Assembly: GCA_964016885.1 (NCBI GenBank)
Contig: OZ024746.1
Location: 74,958,001 to 75,022,000, forward strand
Reading direction: 5' to 3'
DNA from: Eledone cirrhosa
Lineage: Eukaryota
Length of the DNA: 64,000 nucleotides
Notes under the pieces: generated by a model
Told to the model about the DNA's origin: nothing
The model's input: only the letters and a program-made list of their open reading frames with translations
The model's database searches: none
In this document: one piece after another, positions 40,811 through 54,469 of the stretch
How the letters are laid out: the number at the start of each line of letters is the position of its first letter
Numbering within the stretch: position 1 is the first letter of the stretch
Position numbers and translations under genes: made by a program

Positions 40811-42963
40811 CTGGAGAGGTGAGTAAACACTTTGTGTTTTTTATATACTGCTCTTTTTCACTTACTTCTCTTCTCTTCTTCTTCCTTCGCTTATCTTAAT
40901 CATTTTTATTTGTATGGATTAGTCTGAGAAGGAAGGGAAGCAACTTTTCAGGGACTCTAAGACTTTTACAGGGAAAGGAAGTAATTATCAATACACCCTA
41001 ACCTGTAACAGTGGAATTCGTTAAAGTCTATCAAAGGCCGGGTGGCTGTGTAAAAGGGAACAACAGATTAAATATACCAGTTAAAATATGTCCAACCTAT
41101 ACAGTTGCCATCGACCAAATTTTACTGATGAGGTTTGGCTAACCCGAAATTCTGAGAAAGCTAGTTTTCCAAAGTGCTCTACAAATGTATCAAACTTCAA
41201 ACCACGGAAATGAACAACGAAACAGCTATCCTTGAACTACTACTACAGATGGCAATTAATATTTTATATTATCATCTGATCATCGTATCCCCAGCTTATG
41301 CAACTTCACCATTTAGAGCATCTGTTCGTTGGCCTTTTTTTGGAGGGATGCACTCAACTAGTCGGAAGCTCTATCTGTTTCTTTCCCTCTACAAATGAAG
41401 TTCTCAGTATACCGTATCCGATGACTCTCACGCGTGCGCTGATGCTGCGGTTAACAGTTGTGGTTACAGCTTCTTTCACTAAGAGAACTATAGTTCTTGT
41501 TAACTGCAAACCAGATTCAGAATATGGGATATAGAATGGGATCAAGGGCTCAGTGTTTTCTGCCAGTCGGGCAATGCATCTACACTAGCAACCTGTAAGA
41601 GGTTAGTGGTTGGCATGAGCGAGGCATTCTTGAGAGAAGCCAGGCGTCCAAAAAGATGAGCTAAGTCCTTATTCCAGAGGACTTTTAAGTCAGATAATAA
41701 GGATAACCTCCAGATATATCTGGGCAAGGACAATTGCCAGTTCAAAATAAACTCTACAAACACAGAAATGCAAAGCTCTTCCGTGATATGCACAAAGACG
41801 AAACAACTACACCGTGTACTTGTTTAGGATAATTTGTCTGCTAAATTGAAAAACGGTGAGTTTGAAAGAGCCAAATAATTGTTTGTGTGGGGGCCTCGGC
41901 AAAAATAAGTTTGTGTTTGTACACAGATCACAGAATAGAAAAAAGCATGTACTTGCGGAAGGACACAATGCATCGCCAGGAATCGAACTCACAACCAACA
42001 AGCGACGTACATTCACACAGATATATGTATGTATACATATAACCACACACACATACACATATATATGTATGTATTCATTCATTCGTACACATGCACATAT
42101 GCATATGCTTGTGCAAACATGTGCATGCTTATTTACATGAATAAGTACACACCTGTTTACAATAAACTACAATAACAGAGAAGTTATTTTGAAGGTCATT
42201 GTTACACTATATTTAATTAACTACATTGAAAACTAACGCCCATATATCGCCCAAGACCAAATAATAATGAAATTAAAACGGAAGTGGTCATTCCTTATGT
42301 AAACATGATATATTGAACACCCTTCAAATAAATATCAGGTTTGTCTTGAGAAACTTCTAAAAAAATAAGAACGAAATTTATGGGGGGGGGGGGGGGTAGG
42401 AGGAAGTAAATTGGCTTTAAAGGAGTGGAACTACGGGTATAAATGTAGACAATTGGTTGAAGTAACATCTATTCTTTTTAAAGGTGTTTTATTGTATCGA
42501 ACAATATGGATAAGATTCACGATTCTACGAGGAAGGGTTAACCTCTTGGACTGATTAGTAACTCCGTAGTTCTTTATTTAAATATAAGAATGTTGTAAAG
42601 TAAAAATAATTATTGTTACTGTTAAAGGAACTATACAAAAACACAAGTTAAAAGGTTCAATAGATTGAGGAAGCGGCAAAATGTATGTATGAAGTATTCG
42701 TGATATCACGACATACAATACGTTACCTGAAAAATATTCAAATCATTCAAGCATCGAATAAGAATTTGTAGTGAATTTACAAACACCTACTAACACACAT
42801 ACCCGAACTCGCAGACATTCTCTTTATTCACTTTCACTCTTATACATAGTCACACGAACGTACTCACTCACACATACGCGTATAGACAAATTCATACACA
42901 CTAAAACACATTTAAAAAACTGTTTTAAATATAGACCAAATGAGAAAACAAAAATTTAAACAA

Positions 42964-43237
42964 ATGTATCGAATATTGGTTTTGGTTTTGCTTGCTGAGG
43001 TAATCTGGGGTCTGGACATAGGCCAGCTATGTGGAACCATTTCAGGCAGTACAGGGTCGCAGTTTGTACGATCACCTAAAAATTGCAGCGAGTTCTTCAA
43101 CTGTAGAGGTCCTGTTTCACTTTACGTTAAATTTTCCTGTAGCAACGGAAGTGTATTTTCGCAGGCTTTTCAAGTCTGTGTGTATCGGAAGAGCAATTAC
43201 GACGACTGTACCCATGTAATCTATACCGGAAAACTCC
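42964..43237 (+). CDS. Secreted double-CBM14 protein B, exon 1
   Basis: Signal-like MYRILVLVLLAEVIWG (in-frame upstream ATG at 42940 also possible); same Cys spacing as gene A; shared FVRSP.NC and GSVFSQA.QVCVY..S..DDC; donor C|GTAAGT, phase 1. Confidence 0.88.
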
Positions 43238-45054
43238 GTAAGTTTTGTTATTTTAGATTTTTAAATTCTTATACATAGATGCATACTACCATGCATGCTG
43301 TGGCGTTGCGAGGCTGAGTCGTTATGGTGATCATGGTTGTAAGATAGTGAAAGCAAATCCTCGAGGAGATATGTTTCTTTCAGCAAAACACTTTATTACA
43401 CGTTGCCCCAGTCGACAGTTGGAAAAAATGATTTCTACCTGTAATTCAAAGGGTCAACCTTGCCACATACCCTGTTACACTGTATCTTTCTGGGCATTAC
43501 TTTAAGGCTTCACGCGTCTATAGAAGGCTCAATCACTTGCACATTAATTTCACGAACAATTAGTCCCGTAGATCAAACAAGTGGAACTCTCGTCGTCATA
43601 ACCGACGGAGATCCATTGCCTTACTATGAAAGCTTATCAGACACTACTATCTCCCAAATTTTCGTCATCTCTACAGTTTCACCCCTTATTCCAATAACCA
43701 CGCCTCCGAATCTTTCCTTCCTGGAGCATCATTCCTCTAGAAATTTCTAGCGTTTACATCGTTTTTTTTTCTTTTTTTAGTCGTTGTTGCTATCATTTAA
43801 TCCTAGGTTAACACTGATCAACCAGACAAAGTTATTCGAGCTTTAACCATCCCCTCTGTTACCAGCCATTGTGTATCACGAATTCCATTACACGAAGTCT
43901 CTTTATATGATAATCAGTGTGATTTGAGGGAGCTTTAGCTCTGCACTAAATATCTCACTATATAATGCTGTGTTCCTTAAATATTCAAAATTCAGTTTCT
44001 TCTCTTCTTTAGGTTGGTTTTGTGATAAGTTGGTGTTTTCTTTAGGTAGGCCCCAATTGAGTTGACCGATGATGAATCCAGACATCAGTATGCTTAGGTT
44101 TTCGGCATGATATATTTGGAACTTCAATGTGTCTAACACCATGTGCAAGCGCCGAGTTAGATGGCTAGAACACCTCTCATGACTCCCAAGTGAGAGACAT
44201 GCTAATCAGTTCCTGTATTGGTATCCCCATGAAAAAGGTGAAGAGGACCTTCCAAGATGAACTGGTGGCAGGCAATGGACATAGACTTGAAGCCCGTGAA
44301 CATAAATTGGAACGATGTATTGATAGATGTAATTGACCGTGGTCATTGGAACACTTAAGCTGCCTCATTTGTCTCAAAAACGCGGGAAAGTCTAAGTCAA
44401 TATCTAATGCATATGATCTGCCTTTACCAGTTTAATATATGATATGAGATAGATATGGCTGTATCTTATTATAGGTTTAGCGGCCACGTAGACGCTACCT
44501 CTATGATTTACAATGGTAAATTACATATCACCCGACTGTATCTATCAAGTGATAGATGTGCTCGGTTGTGTGAGAGCTCAGTATGTCGGTCAAAGACGGA
44601 ACATAAACTTTGTAACTATTATGTCCCACCGAATTGAACTCTACCTTTCATTCTTTCCTCTTCACAAATTTGAGGTCTTGTTTTTTTATGCATGAAATCA
44701 ACGTTAGGTATTGCTCAGTCATTTGTAATATTGCCCATTAATATGAACTTTATTTTATGTAGGTTTATGTACAGTTTTATTTTCTTGTTTTTATGAATCT
44801 TTAGTGTATTGAATTGAATTACTGATAATTGCGGCGAGATTTGATGAATTTTGAACATAGAAATTAGAGAACGAGTACTTCATTTTTGTGCATAAATATT
44901 GATTTGTAAGATTTTAAAGAAAGCTATACAATTTCATTGAAGTAAAGTCAATTGAAAAGCAATCAAACTAGTTATTTTACTTAATCTTATAATATCGATC
45001 TTTTTACACGTAATATTTTAAAGAAATTTTTATAAATACTTATATAATTTTCAG

Positions 45055-45239
45055 GTGATTCTGTGTGCAGAAGAGGAACTGGCATGAATCAAGACCCGAA
45101 AGACTGTCGTCGTTTTGTGCCCTGCTATGAACACATGGCTTACCCTTCTATGGAATGTCAGGAAGATCTACATTTTAGCTTTAACAAACAACAATGTATG
45201 GCGCCAGAACAAGCTAAATGTCACATCTCTAATAAATAA
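45055..45239 (+). CDS. Secreted double-CBM14 protein B, exon 2
   Basis: TTTTCAG acceptor; RDSVCRRGTGMNQDPKDCRRFVPCYEHMAYPSMECQEDLHFSFNKQQCMAPEQAKCHISNK*; 185 nt like gene A exon 2; product 152 aa. Absent from the ORF track. Confidence 0.88.
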
Positions 45240-45961
45240 AACAGTATTTGAAAATTTAGATAGCGACCTATCTTATAGATAAAATAAAGTTCTGAGTCAA
45301 TATGAAACAGTTAAATATAACCTAAACTATGACTTTGGGTTTTATACTTCGAACTAAAATGAAATACTTTTTCTACAATATTCACTTTTAATAAAACAAT
45401 TATTCAAAATTTATAAGCATCGAGTTTTTCATGGTCGGTTGTCTTTGGTCGTTATTTTCTATCGTCTTTCACTTGAAAAGTAAACATTTACTACTTATAT
45501 TATTTTAGCTAAACTTCCATAACCTTTATCTATCTTGATTTCTTGTATCTTTTATGAGTTAATGAAGTCAGCTTTGTAATCCCTCACAAACTGGTGATAG
45601 TCATGCTTCCGAATCCCCTATTTGAACATCTGTCGGTTCATTCAATGCCTGCAGAGACACTTAGGTAGTGAGAGAAACAAACGCTCCGGCGTGTATTGGG
45701 CTTACAATCGCAAGGTTTTGAGTTCGATTCCCGGCGTCGCATTGTGTCCTTGAGCAAGACACTTTTTTTTTTCAAGTTGCTACGGTCTAGTCAGCTGGCA
45801 AAAATGCTCTGTGTCATACTGATTCTCCCTGACAACTATGTTAAGCAGTGTCTGTGGAACGAGCACGTTGATCTGTTGATCAAATCAACTGAAACACTCG
45901 TCGTCAGAACAGACGGAAGCCGAACATATATGCATTGCTCATTAATTAATTAACCTAACAG

Positions 45962-46176
45962 GGCGGTGGATGAGCAGAATAGGTAGAGCGTCTGACACCA
46001 TGCTTCGTGGCATCGTTATGTCCCTTTACGTTCTGAGTTCAAATCCCGCCGAGGTTAGCTTTGTCTTTCATCCTTACGGGGTCGATAAAATAAAGCACCA
46101 GTAATGTACTGGGGTCGGTTTAATCGACTTCCCCTCCACCCCAAATTGCTGGCCTTTTGCCTATAGTAGAAATCAT
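45962..46176 (+). mobile_element. Full-length SINE family 1 copy
   Basis: GGCGGTGG head, A and B boxes, central block, 3' GGCCTTTTGCCTATAGTAGAAATCATT. Confidence 0.85.
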
Positions 46177-46302
46177 TAATTAATTAACCTATCTGGTAAT
46201 ACGTATGTGTGTGTACATTAGTTTAAACATATTTTTATATTAATTTAGCCTAGCACTACTTACCTTAATACTGTCCATTTGAAATATCGAGTAACGTAGA
46301 CT

Positions 46303-46417
46303 CATCGCCTAACTATAACATCGCCTAACTATAACATCGCCTAACTATAACATCGCCTAACTATAGCATCGCCTAACTATAACATCGCCTAACTATAACA
46401 TCGCCTAACTATAACAT
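46303..46417 (+). repeat. 16-bp minisatellite x7
   Basis: Unit CATCGCCTAACTATAA, one copy with a substitution. Confidence 0.95.
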
Positions 46418-47195
46418 TTCAGAATTAAAGACAGACAATTGCATTTATATCGTGTTATTTTGTTAAACCTCGAGGATCATTAAAATAAGCACCAATTATA
46501 TGTTGAATTTCCATCAGTCCTGAAGATTCGTGTCCCATTTGTTTGAAAATGAAACAGTCATTTCATGTAATTAACGTGCATATGGCTGAATAATTAACTG
46601 GCACTTGTACACACAATGAAATATCCAGGGATATCCTGAATGACACAAGGTAACAAGGTTATCCGTTTTAATTACAGGTGCTACACATTTGTGCCAGCTG
46701 CCTGGCCTACAGTAACATGAAACAACTCGCTGTTGGAAATCGAACTCACGACATCACGATTATGAGTCAAACACCCTAACCACTAAGCTACGCATTTGTT
46801 ACCAGTTATATATTGATGCCTTATATGGCAACCATAAATTTGTTTATAAAATATTACGCTATTAAATAAAAATTAAATTCCAAGTTATAGTGTATTGAGT
46901 TGCCACAGATGTTTAGAGTATAAAGTATATTAGTATATTTAGTTAATTTTTAGTGAAATATGTCAGTAACTGAATTTACAAAACTCCTAAATAACATTGT
47001 GTGTTTGTGTATATTTGTTCACCTAAATGCAATTAATTCTGTGTATGTCTATATGTGTATGTGAGCGTCACACACACACGCACACAACACACGCACACAC
47101 GCACACGCACACGCACACGCACACACACACACACCTATGTACATTTTTATATTGACTAGGTTAACTAAACTGGCAGGCACACTTAAAAGCTTCTT

Positions 47196-47244
<49 letters not shown>

Positions 47245-47573
47245 ATATATATATATATATATTGTGTGTACACCTCTTTAGTTTTATTAATATCAGTATT
47301 TTGACTGCGTTCATGCTGCACCACTGCTTATATATTTTATATACATCCTGAGTAACAATAACACTTTCGCTCCTAGCTACCTTTCTCCCATTTTCTTTTT
47401 TTTCCTACTCTCTTCTAGTTCCTTTCTGGTTCTTCGTTTCATCCCAACACCCTCTCTACTCACTTTATTCTATGTTCCGATGAAAGACTAGCATCCGAAA
47501 CTTTTTTCCATCTATCTCAAGCAGTAAACTAATATATGATTATTGTCTTGTGCTACTTTTCCTTGTTGGCTTT

Positions 47574-47676
<103 letters not shown>

Positions 47677-47831
47677 TATATATATATATATATATACATA
47701 TATAATCCCACATCCCCCATTAGAGTAGTAACGTGGAAAAAAAAATAACATGTTATTCAGCGCTTTCTTTCGTTATATCTTCTTTCCTCTTCTTTTCTCC
47801 ATTTTCAACGTGACATTTATGTTCCTCTTAG

Positions 47832-48083
47832 AAAGTGTATATGGATGTATTGGCATGGGTGATGGTGTGGATGTAAACAAATTGTGTGCAGATGGCCAAG
47901 GTTACCAATATGTAAAGTCGCCACTGAACTGTCAGCAATTCTATGACTGTCGAAATACCTTCAAGAAACTTCACTCTTGCCTGGCTGATGAAATATTCGA
48001 CCAATCGCTAGAACTATGCATTCTTCAAGATGGGGCCACTTTAGGAAATGACTGCAGAGAAGACAAAGACTTGCAGTTAACAA
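47832..48083 (+). CDS. Double-CBM14 protein C, first-domain exon (may extend 5' to ATG 47750)
   Basis: LCADGQGYQYVKSPLNCQQFYDCRNTFKKLHSCLADEIFDQSLELCILQDGATLGNDC (C-x14-C-x5-C-x9-C-x12-C-x11-C); donor A|GTGAGT, phase 1. The 5' end is either acceptor CTCTTAG at 47831 or in-frame ATG 47750 with a hydrophobic leader. Confidence 0.82.
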
Positions 48084-48087
48084 GTGA

Positions 48088-48116
<29 letters not shown>

Positions 48117-48119
<3 letters not shown>

Positions 48120-48620
48120 GTGGTTACACAACAGTTAGTTCACCATACCGAGAACAATTGTTTCACCTTAGCGGATCCTCAGCTCGTAATGGACATGGTT
48201 ATACGGAACAGGAAAGACAACCGTACGAACGCGCATGCGCAGAAACGGTCACTTCATTCAGGCAATACTAAATTGCGTGCGAGAGGTGTAAGGGAGACAA
48301 CTGCGAAAGTCCGAACGTTTCTAGTTGATAAGAAAAATTAGGATGTTGTTGTGACAGACGAGAAAAACAACAAATATTTAGGATTTTTTGCTTTGATATT
48401 TCTGCTTTTTTTTGTTTGTTTTGACTGCATACCCATATATGGACTTTACTCTTTGATAAGTTCAGCTAGATTCACACCGTTCTAATACTGCCGGCTTAGT
48501 TCGGATGTAGCTGTCGAAATGGCCGGAACTCTTTTCATATTACCCACTCTACTACCCCCAAGTATCGAGTACTCTGGTGCTTTATGGTCCACCTGGTATC
48601 TCACCACACCTTCTTTGTTT
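48117..48620 (+). mobile_element. Longer family P1 copy retaining the 5' half of a U3-A8 hammerhead
   Basis: TTGATAA (48453-48459)-G..CAGCTA...TAGCTG.C-GAAA (48516-48519); cleavage-site segment deleted; tail matches the other P1 copies. Confidence 0.55.
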
Positions 48621-48808
48621 TATAAATATTTATATACTTATATACATGCAGCCACTTGGTTCTGGGTTCAGTCACACTGAGCGGACTCTTACGCAATTGA
48701 CTTCTGTTACAACTTCGGGGTATCCAATGCCTTATGAGTGGAACGGTGGAAACTGTAGAAAAACTGTAGAAGCCCACCATATATATATATATATGTGCGC
48801 GTGCGTGT

Positions 48809-48844
<36 letters not shown>

Positions 48845-48848
<4 letters not shown>

Positions 48849-48990
48849 CGGGGATTTGTATTCTTATAATGTTATTCGATATTGTTTACTTGATTTTTCT
48901 GTAAAACCCTGACTGCTCCTGTCATTTGTATTGCCCCCTATATGTCGCCCATCAGAGTTAAACTCCTACAAGTCGGCCCTTATAGCCAAT
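48845..48990 (+). mobile_element. 3' UTR fragment of the Tx1-like LINE
   Basis: CCTGTCATTTGTATTGCCCCCTATATGTCG...GTCGGCCCTTATAGCCAAT matches the reverse complement of about 55330-55500. Confidence 0.6.
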
Positions 48991-50732
48991 TATTATTGTT
49001 CTTTGAGTCTCAGTCATTGATGTTGGTTAACTGGAAAGTTTGTTGAAATGAATATCAAGCCACTACCTGCAGCCTCAGATATTCAGGACGTATCGGAGGG
49101 TTCTTGCTTTTCCCAGCAAGCATGCCTTTTGAAGTGTTCTAAAAAGCGGGGCGGGACCAATTTTCTTTAACCATCCATGGAAACTCTTTGAGATAGTACC
49201 TAGTGCGCCTATGAGAATCGGGACAACTTTGACTTCATGGCAGTTCCAACTCCTTTTTACCTTCCACTTTAAGTCCTGGTATCGGTTAATTTTCTGCCTC
49301 TCCTTCTCTTGCACTATTGTGTCGAATGGGCAGGCTACATCCACAATCAGGCACGATCTTTTTTCCTTGTCCAAAACCACCAGGTCAGGTCTATTGTGTT
49401 CCAGTTTCTTGTCCGTCTGTATCCTAAAATCCCACAGCACCTTCACCTGATCGTTTTCTATCACCGACTCTGGCTTATGCTCATACCACTTCTCAGAATG
49501 TGGTAAATTATTTACTTTGCATAGGTGCCAGTGGATCACCCTGCCCATCACATCATGTCTCCAGCCTTTTTAGTGAGTCTGGGCTAGGTGTTTACACTCG
49601 GATACAATGTGAGCCACAGTCTCCTCTCTCTCTCTCCACAGATTCTACACAGTGGGCTAGCCTCCTCCTTGTAAATATGGTGTTTCAGCGACTTCGTTTT
49701 GAGGGCCTGCTCTTGTGCAGCCATTAGCATTCCTTCTGTAGCCTTTTTAAGGTCTCCTCTTTTCAACCAGTTCCATGTCTGTGGGTCTCTAAATTCAGTT
49801 TTCTCAAAGAAGGTACTATGAAGGGATTTTTCATGAAGGTTGCTCTTTCTCCTTGTTGTTATTTCCTCCTTGGACATCCCCTGGTCTATTGTCCTCTACA
49901 ATTCTGAGCATTGGCTCCCTACTATCAGTCACGTATTTGTGTAGGTTGTTTTTCTCCATCTGAACACAGTCCTCTATGCTGATAAGACCTCTTCCACCTT
50001 CAGATCTTAAGTAGAGTCTATCGACATCACTCCTCTTGTGAAACATGTTGTAGATAGTCTTCCTATCCATTTCTTTTTGTTCAGCAACATTCCATCTCAG
50101 AATTCCCGCACTGTACCTAATAATAGACACAGCTCGGGAATTTACTGCACTTATGGCATTCCTACTGTTCAGATGTGATTTTAATACGCTCCTTACTCTC
50201 TGAATGTATTCAGATCTTATCAATTCCTTCACTTTTTTTGTTCTTGATGTCATCAGCCTCCAGAACACCTAAATATTTGTATCCTTCTTCAGTGTCAATT
50301 TACTTTATCATCTCACCCGTTGGTACCTGGATTCCGTTGCTTCTGCTCAATTTACCTTCTTCATCACAAGGACTCCACACTTACTAATACCAAATTGCAT
50401 ACATATATCATTGCTGAAAATACGGACAGTGTCAACAAGCACATCCAACTCCTTCTCACTCTTCCCTAAGAGCTTAAGATCGTCCATGAAGAGGGGGTGA
50501 TTGATGGTAAGCTCTCCCTTTCCCAACTTGTATCCTGCTCTCACTTTTCGCAGTATAATGGTCAGGGGCATCAGGGCAAGGAAAAACAGCAGAGGGGACA
50601 AACTATCTCCCTGGAAGATGCCTCTCTTGATCTTCACGCCTCCCAAAGATTCTCCACCCGATGTTAATTCTGTTTCCCAGGACTTCATACTTTTGCTCAA
50701 CAACTGTCTGATGTTATCTGCCACCTTGAAGA
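48991..50732 (-). mobile_element. 5'-truncated R4/Dong-like non-LTR retrotransposon (RT plus RLE), frameshifted
   Basis: IKRGIFQGDSLSPLLF, FMDDLKL, EGGRGLISIED, AAQEQAL, CRICG, LWDFRIQTD..HNRPDLVV..DVACP..KINRYQDL; (TAA)n at both ends on the element strand. Confidence 0.92.
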
Positions 50733-50775
<43 letters not shown>

Positions 50776-50965
50776 GGTGGATTGGCAGTATTGGTAGAGG
50801 GTCGGACGCCATGCTTTGAAGCATAGAGTTACCTCCCTTTATGGTCTGAGTTCAAATCCCGCCGAGGTTAACTTTGCCTTTCATCCTTACGGGGTCGATA
50901 AAATAAAGTACCAGTAATACACTGGGATAATTGCTGGCCTTGTGCCAAAAGTAGAAACAATTATC
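50776..50965 (+). mobile_element. SINE family 1 copy inserted in (ATT)n
   Basis: Preceded by (ATT)n at 50733-50775; near consensus; ATT tail. Confidence 0.88.
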
Positions 50966-51755
50966 ATTATTTTTAAAAGCAATTAATTCTGCGCATGTCT
51001 ACATGTGTAAGTGAGCAATTACCCCAATGCATTACTGATTAAATAAAGTACCAGTAATGCACTGGCGTAATTGCTGGCCTTGTGCCTAAATCAGAATCAT
51101 CATTATTATTATCATCATTATTAGCGTCGAACAACATTTTGCGGTATAGTGATACGTCCCTTTACGTTCTGAGTTCAAATCAAGCACCAGTCACGCACTG
51201 GGGTTGATTTGCTGGCCTTGTGCCTATAGCAGAAATTATTATTATTATTATTATTGTTGTAGTGTTTGTTGTTGTGCAATATTTCTGATTACCAGAGCAG
51301 GTCATGTCATCTTATTAAGTTGAAGTCATGACTAAATTGGAGTATTCTGTCGTAATCGTGGTTCAAATAAGTCACCACCGGAAAAACTTCGAGATAAATG
51401 TCGACATTTTTACAATACACACACACACACACACATGAATGTATACACAACACACACACATGAATGTATACACAACACACACACACATATATATATTGGG
51501 TCATCAAGTATGTATGAAATTTGTAGAAATTTTTTTTTTCTATAAATTTCTACAAATTTCATACTTGATCACCCAATAAAAGAACTGAACGAATTTCCGA
51601 CCAGGGGCCCACTTGTTAAATCCAGAAACTACAGGTCCCTGTATAATTTGTCCATAATTTCACCACATATCGTACTAGTTTGTTGCGCCATTGTTTTAGA
51701 CATATTGTGCTCTATTAAAACAAAAATAATAGCATTTTCCTGTTGATCATTGCAG

Positions 51756-51919
51756 GAGATGACGCTTGTCTCTTAATTAACGGATACAACATCAAGGAAG
51801 ATATGATGGGCGCATATATACCTTGTGTGAAAGGAAAGTCTCAAACACACAGAGCTTGTAGCAATGATCTGATTTTCGATTTTGACCTCCAAATATGTAG
51901 AGAAGAGAATTACCGTTAA
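51756..51919 (+). CDS. Double-CBM14 protein C, last exon (4-Cys derivative domain)
   Basis: TTGCAG acceptor, phase 1; RDDACLLINGYNIKEDMMGAYIPCVKGKSQTHRACSNDLIFDFDLQICREENYR*; aligns gap-free with exon 2 of A and B; AATAAA overlaps the stop. Absent from the ORF track. Confidence 0.8.
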
Positions 51920-52005
51920 TAAACAATATACCCTAGTTGATATGATGTGATGTTCATTGTTTGTCAAGAATTCGATAGCGGGGATAAATTAATGCTTATA
52001 TATAT

Positions 52006-52080
<75 letters not shown>

Positions 52081-52119
52081 CAATGTTGTAGTTTGCTTGA
52101 AGCATTCTATATAATATAT

Positions 52120-52405
52120 ACTGTTGAAAGAGATAGAAGGCTAAACAATGAAAAATGGACTGTATAGTAAGTTACATGGTAATCTTTGTTTTGCTTTGTT
52201 TGTTGTTGTTGTTGTTGTTTTATCTGTCTAATATTTCGGGACCTAAAAGTCCTTTCATCAGGGTGTAAGGAACTTTTAGGTCCCGAAATATTGGGCAGAT
52301 AAAAGAACAACAACAACAAAACGAAGATTACCAGGTAACTTTTACTTTTCGTTACCTCATCTTACAGTCCATTTTGCATTGTTTAGCCCTATATCTCTTT
52401 CAACG
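52120..52405. repeat. Imperfect fold-back element between (TA)n tracts with hammerhead core
   Basis: Arms about 52120-52253 and 52268-52405; minus strand CTGATGA-AAGGAC TTTTAG GTCCC-GAAA-TATTA. Confidence 0.65.
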
Positions 52406-52446
<41 letters not shown>

Positions 52447-52768
52447 GAGAGAGAGAGAAGGAAAATATAAAATATAATATAATAAGACGAGATATGATGA
52501 CGATTAAAGATATTAGATTGAGGCCCTGAAGAGAAAAGGGTTAATTATGATATTTTGGAGTCCGTCCTTCTTCAAAGAGTAAAGAAAGACTGAATCACGG
52601 AGTGGAAAGATACAAAGAAATTAAGAAAAGGCTTATGTTAAGACAGAATACGAGGAGAGAAGAGAGAAGTAGAGAAGCAGAAATATGACGAAGAAAGAAG
52701 GAAAAGGAAGAGAAGGGGGAAAGTAGAGACAGTACTTTTATGGTATCTGATCTGTTTTATCATAATAC

Positions 52769-52882
<114 letters not shown>

Positions 52883-52939
52883 CGCGCAAATATATATACA
52901 TATATATATATGTAAATATATATATATATATACTATATT

Positions 52940-53089
52940 ATATTTAAAGTTATAAACTCAAACAGTCCTTTACAATTAATTAGCTGAAAGAAAAGCATTT
53001 CTGAGCCGTTGTATTTCACGGCTCAGAAATGCTTCTTTCTTTGAGCTAATTGATTGTAAAGGACTGTTTGAGTTTATAACTCTAAATAT
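52940..53089. repeat. Inverted repeat (~70-bp arms) adjoining (TA)n
   Basis: AGTTATAAACTCAAACAGTCC...CTGAGCCGT / ACGGCTCAG...GGACTGTTTGAGTTTATAACT. Confidence 0.85.
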
Positions 53090-53718
53090 AATATAGTATT
53101 ATGGCTCCTTTTGTTGAGCTAAATTTTAATCCCATATAAACGGGTGTTATTTCTAGCACCATTAGTATGGGGATAGCTCCAAGCTGGAAAACCACGTGCG
53201 TTAGCGCTTGAATACCAGACCTCCAAAAATATTTCGAGGTGAAACATGCTAATTTTCTGGATACCTGTTGATGACCACAGAAATTGGAATCTTTCACCTT
53301 TTTAAACTATCGTTGCAAAACTTATTTGGGTTTTGAAATTTAAATTTGTCTACGGAACAGGTTTGGATTTTGAAATTTAAATTTGTCCAGGTATCACGGT
53401 TATTGCCAATATGGGTTTGTTTTTATTGATTTATTATTTTAAATCGAGACAGGCAAACTATATTAATTTAATTAGTATTTTTCAATCTAGCTAACTTGGT
53501 CATTTACTATACAAACACTTATGTGTTTATCATATATTAATTTATATTAACGGCCTCGATATGAATACCCCCTCCGCCTCCGTGGTATTTTCTTCGTGGT
53601 TATAGGAGGATTAGCTCTGTTTCTCGACCGTTATATCGCGTGACTATCTCCCCCTCCGCCTTTTGGGATTCTTTCTCACGTCGTGTAGACGCGTTCTTGA
53701 GACTAGTAAAATGAGGTA

Positions 53719-53808
53719 TCCTCTTGATAAGTCGGCAGACCTCGCAGAGACTCTATGTCTTTATGATATATTGTTTTTGTTTATGCCACGAAACTACGTA
53801 GTCGAGGA
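53719..53808 (+). ncRNA. Type I hammerhead ribozyme, U3-A8 variant
   Basis: Stem I TCCTC/GAGGA; core TTGATAA; stem II GT(C)GGCA/TGCCAC with long extension; GAAA; palindromic stem III ACTACGTAGT; GUC cleavage predicted after 53803. Confidence 0.72.
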
Positions 53809-54313
53809 ATTTAGGAGCAGTTTAGGTATGATACATTTTATTACTAATTATATCTAAATGTTTCTTCTCTCTTCATAATGTATTTTTAACTCTGATACTG
53901 GTTCAGTCTAGTTCAACTGAATTGGTCTGTCCCGGTCATTCATTGAGCAACATCGGTGAAGTTGGCACCCTTAACTCACAGTTGGGTGCGGATGCATTCA
54001 TGTATATATGTGTGTGTCCGCATGTATCTGTGTGTTTCTAAATATATTGTTAATAACTCCCTCTGGTCGAGCAATCTTTGAAGTGTGGGGACAACTGGAA
54101 AGCTTCCATTACTCATACTTCTAGCCTTCTTCACCACCTCTTCTGCGGCCTCGATATGAATACCCCCTCCGCCTCCGTGGTATTTTCTTCGTGGTTATAG
54201 GAGGATTAGCTCTGTTTCTCGACCGTTATATCGCGTGACTATCTCCCCCTCCGCCTTTTGGGATTCTTTCTCACGTCGTGTAGACGCGTTCTTGAGACTA
54301 GTAAAATGAGGTA

Positions 54314-54403
54314 TCCTCTTGATAAGTCGGCAGACCTCGCAGGGACTCTATGTCTTTATGATATATTGTTTTTGTTTATGCCACGAAACTACGTAGTCGA
54401 GGA
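54314..54403 (+). ncRNA. Type I hammerhead ribozyme, U3-A8 variant (second tandem copy)
   Basis: Same fold as 53719-53808; cleavage predicted after 54398. Confidence 0.72.
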
Positions 54404-54469
54404 ATTTAGGAGCAGTTTAGGTATGATACATTTTATTACTAATTATATCTAAATGTTTCTTCTCTCTTC

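Noticed and set aside
46303-46417. TAACTATAAC repeat as rDNA or homing-endonuclease site
   Set aside because: Only a 10-nt match inside a 16-bp minisatellite, with no rRNA context.
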